This document shows positions 18,931 to 27,251 of a stretch of 29,164 nt of DNA, piece by piece. The stretch is from Hormoscilla sp. Lineage in GTDB: Bacteria; Cyanobacteriota; Cyanobacteriia; Cyanobacteriales; Desertifilaceae. A program made the position numbers and the translations under genes. Within the stretch, counting starts at the first letter, position 1, and every line of letters starts with the position of its first letter. The DNA lies in contig JBFRWI010000054.1 of NCBI GenBank assembly GCA_051439505.1, positions 1 through 29,164 on the forward strand. Direction: 5' to 3'. The notes below the pieces were generated by a model, which worked only from the letters and a program-made list of their open reading frames with translations, was not told the DNA's origin and ran no database searches.

Positions 18931-19168
18931 TTGTTGAGAAAAATAGTGAAAATCGCGATCGCCTTGGCGATCGCGATTTATATAATTGTCAGCTATCTCA
19001 TCGGAGAACAACATCAGCTATTGACAACTGACTCCCAGGCGATCGGCCAGTCCGGAGCAACTGACCACTGGCAACTGACCACTGGCAACCGATCGCTGGC
19101 AACTGACCAAAAGCCTGATAAAGTTTCACTGTAAGCTGTTGCTCTCAAAAATACCACTGCCCGCCAAT

Positions 19169-21337
19169 ATGCCTAAGACCAAGCCAAAAACTCAAACCCA
19201 AAGCGAAATCAACCTCTTCGATCCGCAATATTACTTCAACAGAGAACTCAGCTGGCTAGAATTTAACAACCGAGTATTGCACGAAGCGCTCGATGAGCGG
19301 ACACCACTGCTAGAGCGTCTCAAGTTTCTGGCCATATTCAGCAACAACCTAGATGAATTCTTCATGGTGCGCGTGGCCGGCTTAAAGAAACAGGTAGAAG
19401 CAAAAGTGAATAAGCGGACCCCCGATGGACGCACGCCCACCGAACAGCTAGACCAGATTAACCAGCGGCTGCACCCCCTAGTCAGCCAACAGCACCAGCA
19501 CTTCCAGCAAATTCTCAGACCCCTGTTAGCGCAAGCAAAAATTCATCTTCTCGACTACATAGACCTCAACCAAGAGCAACGGATTTATCTGCAAAACTAT
19601 TTTGAGCGGCAAATCTTTCCCGTGCTCACCCCACTAGCCGTAGACCCCAGCCATCCCTTTCCCCACATTTCCAATCGCAGTCTGAACCTGGCCGTAGTGG
19701 TGGTTGACCCGGAAACCGGTGCAGAACATTTCGCCCGGATCAAAGTCCCCAAAGTCTTGCCCCGATTTGTGCCTCTACCAGAAGATTTACAGTTTTCGCC
19801 CGAAAACGGCCCCGCTTTCTGGACTGGAGTCCCCTTGGAACAGGCGATCGCCCATAATCTGGAACCATTATTTCCAGGGATGAAAATTCAGGAGTATTAT
19901 CCCTTTCGGATTACCAGAGATGCAGACCTGTCCGTACAAGAAGATGAAGCCGACGATCTGCTACTGGCCATTGAGCAGGAATTGCGCAAACGCCGCATAG
20001 GAGGCTCCGTCGTGCGGATGGAAATGCTTGTTAATACACCCGATATGGTGCGTGAGATGCTGATGCGGGAGATGCGCTTGGCAGAGATTGATGTTTACGA
20101 AGTTGAAGGCTTGCTGGGATTAGGGGATTTATTCAGCTTTATGGCACTGCCACTGCCAGAATTGAAGGATCCCCCCTGGACTCCCGTCGTGCCTGGGAGC
20201 CTGCAACGCTTTGCTAACCCAGAGGCAGAGTCTTGGCCCATAGAGACAGAAGACACCGAAGAGTTTTTTAGCCTGATCCGCAAGCAGGACTTGCTAGTTC
20301 ACCACCCCTATCATTCCTTTTCCGCTACAGTCGAGCGCTTTATCACTCAGGCCGCTCACGACCGGCAGGTACTGGCAATCAAAATGACCCTCTACCGCAC
20401 CTCTGGGGATTCACCCATTATCAATGCCTTGATTGCTGCCGCCGAAAATGGTCAGCAGGTAGCAGTTTTGGTGGAACTCAAGGCCCGCTTTGATGAGGAG
20501 AACAATATCAACTGGGCCCGGAAGTTAGAAAGCTCAGGGGTGCATGTCGTCTATGGACTGGTGGGCTTGAAAACTCACACCAAAATTGCCATGGTGGTAC
20601 GTCAGGAGTCAGATGGCATTCGTCGCTACGTTCACATTGGTACCGGTAACTACAATTCCAAAACGGCAAAGCTTTATACAGATTTAGGTTTGTTGAGCTG
20701 TCGTCCGGAGTTGGGAGCCGATTTAACCGATTTGTTTAACTATTTAACCGGTTACTCCCGGCTGCGGTCTTACCGCAAGCTATTGGTTGCCCCAGTCAGC
20801 TTGCGATCGCGCATGCTAGAATTAATTGGCCGCGAGATCGAACATAGCCGCCATGGCTCTCACGCTCGCATAGTCGCCAAAATGAACTCCCTGGTAGACC
20901 CAGAAATGATAGCCGCACTCTACGAAGCCTCCCAAGCCGGCGTCCAAATAGACTTAATCGTGCGGGGAATTTGCTGTTTGCGACCTGGCGTGGAAGGCGT
21001 CAGCGAAAATATCAGCGTCGTCAGCATTATCGGTCGCTTTTTAGAACATTCCCGGATTTTTTACTTCCATAACCAAGGTCACGACGAAGTTTATATTGGT
21101 AGTGCTGACTGGATGCCCCGCAACTTAGACCGGCGAGTAGAGGCTGTCACCCTCGTAGAAGATCCAGATCTTGTCAAAGACCTGCAAGAGATCCTCGGGA
21201 TTATGCTAGCTGATAACCGCCAAGCCTGGGATTTACAGCCAGACGGCACTTACATCCAGCGTCTAGGGGCCGACGATGTCATAGACCAGAGTTCCCAAGC
21301 CATCTTCATGGCCATGGCTAATGCCGAGTCTAGCTAA
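19169..21337 (+). CDS. ppk1: Polyphosphate kinase 1
   Basis: Motifs YFNRELSWLEFN, LDEFFMVRVAG, DPSHPFPHIS, LVHHPY, MTLYRTS, ELKARFDEENNI, KTHTK (phospho-His), GTGNYN, RFLEHSR and GSADWMPRN. The ATG at 19169 is preferred over the TTG at 19139. Confidence 0.97.
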   Translation: MPKTKPKTQTQSEINLFDPQYYFNRELSWLEFNNRVLHEALDERTPLLERLKFLAIFSNNLDEFFMVRVAGLKKQVEAKVNKRTPDGRTPTEQLDQINQRLHPLVSQQHQHFQQILRPLLAQAKIHLLDYIDLNQEQRIYLQNYFERQIFPVLTPLAVDPSHPFPHISNRSLNLAVVVVDPETGAEHFARIKVPKVLPRFVPLPEDLQFSPENGPAFWTGVPLEQAIAHNLEPLFPGMKIQEYYPFRITRDADLSVQEDEADDLLLAIEQELRKRRIGGSVVRMEMLVNTPDMVREMLMREMRLAEIDVYEVEGLLGLGDLFSFMALPLPELKDPPWTPVVPGSLQRFANPEAESWPIETEDTEEFFSLIRKQDLLVHHPYHSFSATVERFITQAAHDRQVLAIKMTLYRTSGDSPIINALIAAAENGQQVAVLVELKARFDEENNINWARKLESSGVHVVYGLVGLKTHTKIAMVVRQESDGIRRYVHIGTGNYNSKTAKLYTDLGLLSCRPELGADLTDLFNYLTGYSRLRSYRKLLVAPVSLRSRMLELIGREIEHSRHGSHARIVAKMNSLVDPEMIAALYEASQAGVQIDLIVRGICCLRPGVEGVSENISVVSIIGRFLEHSRIFYFHNQGHDEVYIGSADWMPRNLDRRVEAVTLVEDPDLVKDLQEILGIMLADNRQAWDLQPDGTYIQRLGADDVIDQSSQAIFMAMANAESS

Positions 21338-21518
21338 TAAGAGTTGCAGCTGCAGGAAAAGTACGCTCTAGATCGTCAATCAGGTCGTCTATTTCCTCTA
21401 GCGCCTGATTGACATCAATCCTCATGGTTCCCAGATCGGGTTTCTCTAATAGCCGCACTAAGACTTCCCTTTTACTGGCGATCGCCCTCACCCTGTCTCT
21501 AATACTCTGATTATCCAT
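21330..21518 (-). CDS. Small conserved hypothetical protein (62 aa, helical)
   Basis: RBS AAGGAG 6 nt upstream. The LLExPxLGTxRIDVNQALEExDDLI pattern is recognised from cyanobacterial small proteins. The stop overlaps the convergent ppk1 end by 8 nt. Confidence 0.7.
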   Translation of the reverse strand: MDNQSIRDRVRAIASKREVLVRLLEKPDLGTMRIDVNQALEEIDDLIDDLERTFPAAATLIS

Positions 21519-21528
21519 CTACTACTCC

Positions 21529-21789
21529 TTACTGAAAAAAAGGATGACTTTTAGCGTCATTTGGCTTGCTCGTGACTACCTCGCTCATAAAGCGCTTGAT
21601 CGCCTTCTCGCGATTTTTCATGAAAGCCGTCCAGAACCCTGGTTGAAACTCATCCATCGTTTTCGCCAAAGCCCAAACATCTACCGCTATTATATTATAC
21701 AGGTTTTCATCCTCCCGGCGTAGGGAGTTAATTTGCTCTAGCAGCTTGCGGGCATCGCTTGATACTGCTGGTTTTCGATCGGTAATCAT
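21529..21789 (-). CDS. Hypothetical protein (86 aa)
   Basis: Protein-like core (LYNIIAVDVWALAKTMDEFQPGFWTAFMKNRE) with AGAGGA directly upstream of ATG 21789. The 57-codon upstream ORF extension coincides with the 6S-like RNA and is judged non-coding. The gap to the next gene is 10 bp. Confidence 0.7.
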   Translation of the reverse strand: MITDRKPAVSSDARKLLEQINSLRREDENLYNIIAVDVWALAKTMDEFQPGFWTAFMKNREKAIKRFMSEVVTSKPNDAKSHPFFQ

Positions 21790-21952
21790 ATCCTCTATAC
21801 CATTAGGAACAACAGGGCGCATCTGGAACATTTGCCCCGTGAGGGCGTGAGGTGACATATTTGTCTGGACAATTGTATGTTTCGAGCTGACGCAGCCGGG
21901 GAACAACTCCCACGGGCACTCTCGGACTCGGACAAGGACGGGCGCGAGTCCT
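21790..21952 (-). ncRNA. 6S RNA-like element (5' half 6S-like, 3' half atypical)
   Basis: Minus strand ACTCGCGCCCGTCCTTGTCCGAGTCCGAGAGTGCCCGTGGGAGTTGTTCCCCGGCTGCGTCAGCTCGAAACATACAATTGT (21949-21869) resembles the 5' half of cyanobacterial 6S (SsaA) RNA as I recall it. It starts just after a perfect TATAAT and folds by eye into an irregular rod. Confidence 0.6.
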
Positions 21953-21958
21953 TCACTC

Positions 21959-21964
21959 ATTATA
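21959..21964 (-). promoter_or_regulatory. -10 box TATAAT for the 6S-like transcript
   Basis: Perfect TATAAT on the minus strand about 10 nt before the 6S-like block. No good -35 at 17-bp spacing. Confidence 0.55.
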
Positions 21965-22147
21965 TCGCCCGTCGATGACGGGGTGGACGAGACAATAGTC
22001 TATATTAAGGATACTGGCTCTGCGGCTACGGAGTCCGGCGAGCCTAGTCGGAAGGAAAAACTGGCACTGCTATAGGGGAAGTTTCACGTCCCGATCGGCA
22101 GCCTTTGATATTTAGTATAAATGCAATCGCCTTTCTTTGACTAAACT

Positions 22148-22711
22148 ATGTTAAGCAAAATCTCTTTGGCAACGGTAGGCTTGATTGTCGGTGGGGTCTT
22201 AGCGAGCGGTGGATTAGCCGCCTACTTTCTAGACAAACCCACTCTCAATCTGGCGGGATTCTTCTATGGCATTCCGCTGTTGCTGGGGGGACTGGCCCTG
22301 AAAGCTGCCGAACTCAAGCCAGTGCCCTTTACCCAACCAACGGCTCCCGAGGTGCTAGCCCTACGCTCACAGCAGGCTACAGCCACTCAAAAACAGCTGC
22401 GCCAGGATGTGACCCGATATCGCTATGGTCAAGAAGCCCATCTAGATGACTCTCTCAAGCGCTTGGGTTTAAGCCCCACTGATGAAGAACGACCGGTACT
22501 CGGGGGGGTACGAGAAACTGCGGTTGCTGGTCGTTATGCTCTAGTGCTAGAATTTGACTCTCCCCTAATTCCGTTTGAAACCTGGCAATTGCAGCGCGAG
22601 AAAATCGAAAAATTCTTTGGACCTGGGGTGCGAGTGGATTTGACTCAGCCAGGAGAACTTCTTGTCCATCTGGCTTTGATTGCTACGTCACCAGCCAGTG
22701 TAGTCAAATGA
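22148..22711 (+). CDS. DUF2854 family membrane protein
   Basis: Two N-terminal TM helices and the family motifs LNLAGFFYGIPLLLGGLALKAAELKPVP, RQDVTRYRYGQEAHLD and KFFGPG. Confidence 0.85.
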   Translation: MLSKISLATVGLIVGGVLASGGLAAYFLDKPTLNLAGFFYGIPLLLGGLALKAAELKPVPFTQPTAPEVLALRSQQATATQKQLRQDVTRYRYGQEAHLDDSLKRLGLSPTDEERPVLGGVRETAVAGRYALVLEFDSPLIPFETWQLQREKIEKFFGPGVRVDLTQPGELLVHLALIATSPASVVK

Positions 22712-22779
22712 CAGTTCAAAATTCACCTCGCCAAAATTAAAAATGGGCCACTGACTACTGACCACTGACTACCGACCAC

Positions 22780-23037
22780 TCACTTTTCCAGGCGCACGGC
22801 ATACCACTGCAAAAACTCTCCAGGACCGAGGTCTAATTCGCAGTAAGTTTCCAGTAAATACTGGGCTTGGGATGCGATCGATGTAAATTTTTGTAGATCC
22901 CTGGGCAAATCTTGTTGCCGATGTGCTAAAATCGATTTTAACTTTTCTAACAGCTCATGGGCGGTGAGGAATTGCTCGGGTATGTCAGGCTCTAAAACCA
23001 CATAGACATCCTGTTGATACATTAAGGGGTCAGGCAT
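22780..23037 (-). CDS. crr7: Chlororespiratory reduction protein 7 (CRR7/DUF3571), NDH-1 assembly factor-like
   Basis: MPDPLMYQQDxYVVLEP...EQFLT...DLPRDLQKF...LQWYAVRLEK. RBS AAGGAG upstream of ATG 23037. Confidence 0.85.
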   Translation of the reverse strand: MPDPLMYQQDVYVVLEPDIPEQFLTAHELLEKLKSILAHRQQDLPRDLQKFTSIASQAQYLLETYCELDLGPGEFLQWYAVRLEK

Positions 23038-23267
23038 TTGTTCTCCTTGTCTGGGTAAGTAGGTCATCTGCCAGATGAGAAAAATTCCTTATCTGGCAGA
23101 TGGCATATACTTTAAACTAACAGCTATAGCCCTTAAGGGGCAGGGGCTATACTGTTAGCTAGCAGAAATTGCTTGTTTCTGCTCTGATGGTTGTATAGCA
23201 AAAGGGTGCCGCAGGGGAATCGAGCAAAGCAATTTGTTCTTTAACATCTAAAATAAGAGCAAATAAA

Positions 23268-24920
23268 ATGTACATAAGGATAGATCGAAAAGCCGACTGT
23301 TATCAACAGTGCCATGTTCAAACTGACTCAAAGGAGTTGCAGCAGCAAGAATATGTCAAGATTAGTGATAGCCTGAACCAGACTCTGCAAGAAAGCGAAC
23401 AGCGGTTTAAGGCTTTGGCAGAGGCGACGCCAGTGGCGGTGGTGATTAGTCGCTACAGTGATGGAGAGATCCTCTATGCTAATGCTCAACTAGCAACAAC
23501 TTTTGGCTTGCCGTCGGACCAGAGGATCTCTCACAAGATGCTAGACTTCTACTATGACTTGGCGGATCGGAAATTGTTACTGTCGCAATTGTCAAAAAAG
23601 GGGGTGCTGGATAATTACGAAGTGCAAGCAAAACGAGTAGATGGAACGCCATTTTGGGTGACTCTTTCGGTGCGGTATTTAACGGTGGCAGGAGAACCAG
23701 CTATCCTGACAACTTTTCATGATATCACAGAACATAAGGAGGCTGTAGCAGAAATTAAGCAGCAAGCAGAACGGGAAAAGTTGGTGGGACGCATAGGCGA
23801 TCGGATCCGGGAGTCGCTGAACCTGGAGTATATCCTCAAGACGACGGCAAGTGAGGTGCGACAATTGCTCTCAACGGACAGAGTGATAATTTTCCGCTTT
23901 CACTCAGACTGGAGTGGAGAAGTGGCAGTAGAATCGGTAAGCAGCGAATTTAGCTCGATTAAGGGAACTTCGATATACGATCGCTGTTTTACGGAAAACT
24001 ATGTAGAACCCTATCGCTCGGGTCGGATCAGCGCCATTGAAGATATCTATACGGCAGGGTTAAGTCAATGTCATATTGACTTACTGGCTCAGTTTCAGAT
24101 CAGAGCGAATTTGATAGTGCCGATATTTTTTAGCTCTCAACGCCCAGAGAATAGTAATGAAGATGAGGACTCTTCGGCGGAGATAGTATGTCGGGAATTA
24201 TGGGGCTTATTGGTGGCAAATCACTGCTCGGAACCGCGCAAATGGCAACAGTGGGAAATAAATTTGCTCTGTCAATTGGCAGGACAAGTGGCGATCGCGA
24301 TTAAACAAGCCCAACTATATCAACAACTACAGGAGGCGAACCAACGACTGCGGCAGCTAGCGGTCTCGGATGGGTTAACTAAACTGGCAAACCGGCGCCG
24401 GTTTGATGAATACCTGCTGGCTGAGTGGTATTCTCTGGTAGGAACTGGGATTACATTGTCTCTGATTATGTGCGATATTGATTATTTTAAGGCTTATAAT
24501 GATAGTTACGGTCATCTGGCAGGGGATTTCTGTTTGCAGCAGGTGGCAGGGGCGATCGGTCGGGCAGTCAGTCGTGAGGCTGATTTGGTGGCCCGTTATG
24601 GTGGGGAAGAGTTTGCGGTAATTTTGCCGAACACTGATGAAGCTGGTGCGGTCAGTGTGGCGGAAGGCATTGGCATGGCGATCTCGGAATTAAAAATCGC
24701 TCATCTTTTATCACCGTCATCCTATGTTACCCTGAGTATGGGCGTTGCTAGCATGATACCCACGTCGGAGTTGAAACCAGAGGAACTGGTTGCTGCTGCC
24801 GATCGGGCCCTCTATCAGGCTAAAAGAACGGGGCGCGATCGGTACTGCCTGTACGAAAATCGGAGGAGCGCTCGTCAGTCCTCAGTTGAGGAGGATGCCA
24901 AAAAACCTCACGGCATCTAG
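23268..24920 (+). CDS. Diguanylate cyclase with PAS and cyanobacteriochrome-type GAF (PAS-GAF-GGDEF)
   Basis: PAS ends FHDIT. The GAF has DRVIIFRF, DRCF and QCH and ends LWGLLVANHC. GGDEF domain: DGLTKLANRR, CDIDYFKAYND, I-site READ, active site RYGGEEF, ADRALYQAK. Confidence 0.92.
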   Translation: MYIRIDRKADCYQQCHVQTDSKELQQQEYVKISDSLNQTLQESEQRFKALAEATPVAVVISRYSDGEILYANAQLATTFGLPSDQRISHKMLDFYYDLADRKLLLSQLSKKGVLDNYEVQAKRVDGTPFWVTLSVRYLTVAGEPAILTTFHDITEHKEAVAEIKQQAEREKLVGRIGDRIRESLNLEYILKTTASEVRQLLSTDRVIIFRFHSDWSGEVAVESVSSEFSSIKGTSIYDRCFTENYVEPYRSGRISAIEDIYTAGLSQCHIDLLAQFQIRANLIVPIFFSSQRPENSNEDEDSSAEIVCRELWGLLVANHCSEPRKWQQWEINLLCQLAGQVAIAIKQAQLYQQLQEANQRLRQLAVSDGLTKLANRRRFDEYLLAEWYSLVGTGITLSLIMCDIDYFKAYNDSYGHLAGDFCLQQVAGAIGRAVSREADLVARYGGEEFAVILPNTDEAGAVSVAEGIGMAISELKIAHLLSPSSYVTLSMGVASMIPTSELKPEELVAAADRALYQAKRTGRDRYCLYENRRSARQSSVEEDAKKPHGI

Positions 24921-25139
24921 ATTTCAGCCAATTGTACTGAAAATTGACAAAGGCAAAAAAACTTATGTATGACGATTTATTAAGAAAATATAAGTGTTGA
25001 CGTTCCCTGGATCCTTGCTGATAGAATAGGAGAATTGACAAAGTTAAGACTGGATGACAATTGTTTTAACCAGTCTCATCTCACCCAACTGCCAGTAGGG
25101 TAGTGGGTGTTAAATATTATGGTTGCTAGGCAAGTAACA

Positions 25140-27086
25140 ATGGATTCATCTTTGACAAATCCCCCCACAGCTCAAAAATCTTCCAAGTTAGAAGGCATTA
25201 AGGAACGCAGTAATTTTCTGCGGGAACCAGTGGCCTCGGAACTGCTAGAGGATACAACTCATTTCTCACCAGACGGCATCCAAATTCTCAAATATCACGG
25301 TTCTTACCAGCAGGATAACCGGGACAACCGCCAGAAGGGAAAGGAGAAAGACTACCAAATGATGCTGCGCACCCGCTCTCCAGGAGGCTTTATTCCCCCA
25401 GAGTTGTATATTACTCTCGATCGCCTGTCGTCAGAATATGGCAACGGGACGCTACGAACAACCACCCGGCAAGGTTTTCAACTCCACGGGGTGCTCAAGC
25501 AAAATCTCAAGACGGTATTCGCCTCCATTATCAAGAGTATGGGGTCAACTCTGGGAGCCTGTGGCGACCTGAATCGCAATGTCATGGCCCCAGCGGCACC
25601 ATATAAAGATCGCCCCGAGTACCAGTATGCTTGGGAGTACGCTAATAATATTGCTGATTTGCTGACGCCCCAAACTGGCGCTTACTATGAAATTTGGCTG
25701 GATGGGGAAAAGACGATCGCTGCCGAAGAAGCCCCAGAAGTGAAAGCGGCACGGCAGCGCAATGGTAACGGTACGATATTCTCTGACAAGGAAGAACCGA
25801 TTTACGGGGAACATTATCTGCCCCGCAAGTTTAAGATATCGGTTACGGTGCCTGGGGATAATTCGGTCGATCTGCTTACCCAAGATATAAGTTTGGTGGT
25901 CCTGACAGATGACAGCGGTGAATTGGTAGGGTTTAATGTCTATGCTGGGGGCGGTCTGGGCCGCACTCATGGGAAAGAGGACACATTCGCCAGAACCGCC
26001 GACCCGATCGCTTATGTGGCCAAAGAAGATGTTTACGATCTGGTGAAGGCAATTGTCGCAACTCAGCGCGACTATGGCGATCGGGTGACTCGGCGTCATG
26101 CGAAAATGAAATATCTCTTGCACGACTGGGGAGTAGATAAATTCCGCAGCAAGGTGTCCGAATACTTCGGTAAGCCATTAGCACCATTCCAACCGCTGCC
26201 AGATTTCAAATACCAGGACTATCTGGGCTGGCACGAACAGGGAGATGGTAATCTGTTCCTGGGCATCTCGATTGAAAATGGTCGGATTAAAGATGAAGGA
26301 ACGTTGAATCTGAAAACGGCTTTGCGCGATATCGTGGATAAATTTGACCTGCCCATGCGGCTGACGCCTAACCACAATATCATATTGTATGAGATTGAAC
26401 CCCAACAGCAGTTGGAAATCAACGAAATTTTGATAGAAAATGGGGTGGAATTCGATCCAGGTAAAATTGATAGCTTAGTCCGCTATTCAATGGCTTGCCC
26501 AGCTTTACCTACCTGTGGTTTAGCGATTACGGAATCAGAACGGGCCCTACCTGGTATTTTAGATCGCATCCGATCGCTGCTGAATAAGTTAGGGTTAGAA
26601 CAAGAGCATTTTGTGGTGCGGATGACGGGCTGTCCGAATGGTTGTGCGCGACCTTATATGGCAGAATTAGCGTTTGTCGGTCAAGCACCAGAGTCCTATC
26701 AGGTTTGGCTGGGTGCTGACCCAAATCAGAACCGTTTGGCTCAAGTATATCTCGATAAGATGCACCAGTCAAATCTAGAAGCGACTTTAGAACCTTTGTT
26801 TGTCTATTTTAAGCAGTCACGCCAACCAGGGCTAGTACCAGAAAGCTTTGGAGATTTTTGTCATCGCGTGGGGTTAGAGGCCCTGCGCAGCTTTGCTGCT
26901 AGCTATCAACCAGGGGAAACTCCTGCCAATGGCAAGACTGCTACTGCTAGTAAGGCGGCCCGGTATCGGGTGGGTGTGCGCGATGAAACCTACAGGCGTC
27001 TCAAGGATCTTGCGACTCTGCAAGGTAAGTCTATGACTCAGTTGGCAACAGAGGCGATCGAGGCTTATTTGCAGTCCAATGGTTAA
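25140..27086 (+). CDS. sir: Ferredoxin-dependent sulfite reductase with C-terminal RHH-like extension
   Basis: Motifs [33 protein letters not shown] and YLPRKFK. Siroheme/4Fe-4S Cys motifs ACPALPTCG and GCPNGC. The start could be 25119 or 25140. Confidence 0.95.
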   Translation: MDSSLTNPPTAQKSSKLEGIKERSNFLREPVASELLEDTTHFSPDGIQILKYHGSYQQDNRDNRQKGKEKDYQMMLRTRSPGGFIPPELYITLDRLSSEYGNGTLRTTTRQGFQLHGVLKQNLKTVFASIIKSMGSTLGACGDLNRNVMAPAAPYKDRPEYQYAWEYANNIADLLTPQTGAYYEIWLDGEKTIAAEEAPEVKAARQRNGNGTIFSDKEEPIYGEHYLPRKFKISVTVPGDNSVDLLTQDISLVVLTDDSGELVGFNVYAGGGLGRTHGKEDTFARTADPIAYVAKEDVYDLVKAIVATQRDYGDRVTRRHAKMKYLLHDWGVDKFRSKVSEYFGKPLAPFQPLPDFKYQDYLGWHEQGDGNLFLGISIENGRIKDEGTLNLKTALRDIVDKFDLPMRLTPNHNIILYEIEPQQQLEINEILIENGVEFDPGKIDSLVRYSMACPALPTCGLAITESERALPGILDRIRSLLNKLGLEQEHFVVRMTGCPNGCARPYMAELAFVGQAPESYQVWLGADPNQNRLAQVYLDKMHQSNLEATLEPLFVYFKQSRQPGLVPESFGDFCHRVGLEALRSFAASYQPGETPANGKTATASKAARYRVGVRDETYRRLKDLATLQGKSMTQLATEAIEAYLQSNG

Positions 27087-27115
27087 TGGCGAATAGCTAA
27101 TGGCTAATGGCTAAT

Positions 27116-27137
27116 GGGTGTGGTTTTGACTACACCC
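27116..27137. mobile_element. 22-bp minimal derivative of the GGGTGTRGTCA-ended element
   Basis: GGGTGTGGTTTTGACTACACCC is a left end fused to a right end. It is flanked by ATGGCTAAT on both sides (27107-27115 and 27138-27146), inside a degenerate TGGCTAA heptamer tract. Confidence 0.7.
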
Positions 27138-27169
27138 ATGGCTAATAGCTAATATGGAATATTGGGAAA

Positions 27170-27218
27170 GTTGTTGCGCTAAAGCGTTGGCTCGTAGCTC
27201 GCGCTTTAGTGCAACAAC
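27170..27218. repeat. 17-bp inverted repeat (REP-doublet-like), possible sir terminator
   Basis: GTTGTTGCGCTAAAGCG (27170-27186) versus CGCTTTAGTGCAACAAC (27202-27218), 16/17 complementary. Confidence 0.7.
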
Positions 27219-27251
27219 AAACTTATTGATAATTATGTGATGTCAATAAAT

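Noticed and set aside
18931..19134. 67-aa ORF with a hydrophobic N-terminus upstream of ppk1
   Set aside because: The hydrophobic stretch arises from HIP1 copies and the C-terminus from degenerate CAACTGA/CCACTGG heptamers. It has a TTG start and no RBS.
21790..21960. N-terminal 57 codons of the 143-aa ORF 21529..21960
   Set aside because: Its ATG lies within the TATAAT box and the segment coincides with the 6S-like structured RNA. A better start with an RBS is at 21789.
23161..23240. Known c-di-GMP-I/II riboswitch upstream of the cyclase
   Set aside because: The conserved GEMM features (GNRA tetraloop/receptor arrangement, GCAAA-type junction in the right context) are not recognisable. Kept only as an unexplained structure.
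25545..26123. 192-aa antisense ORF within sir (and similar antisense ORFs within the kinases, amidase and ppk1)
   Set aside because: Shadow ORFs opposite well-supported genes, with no recognisable motifs.
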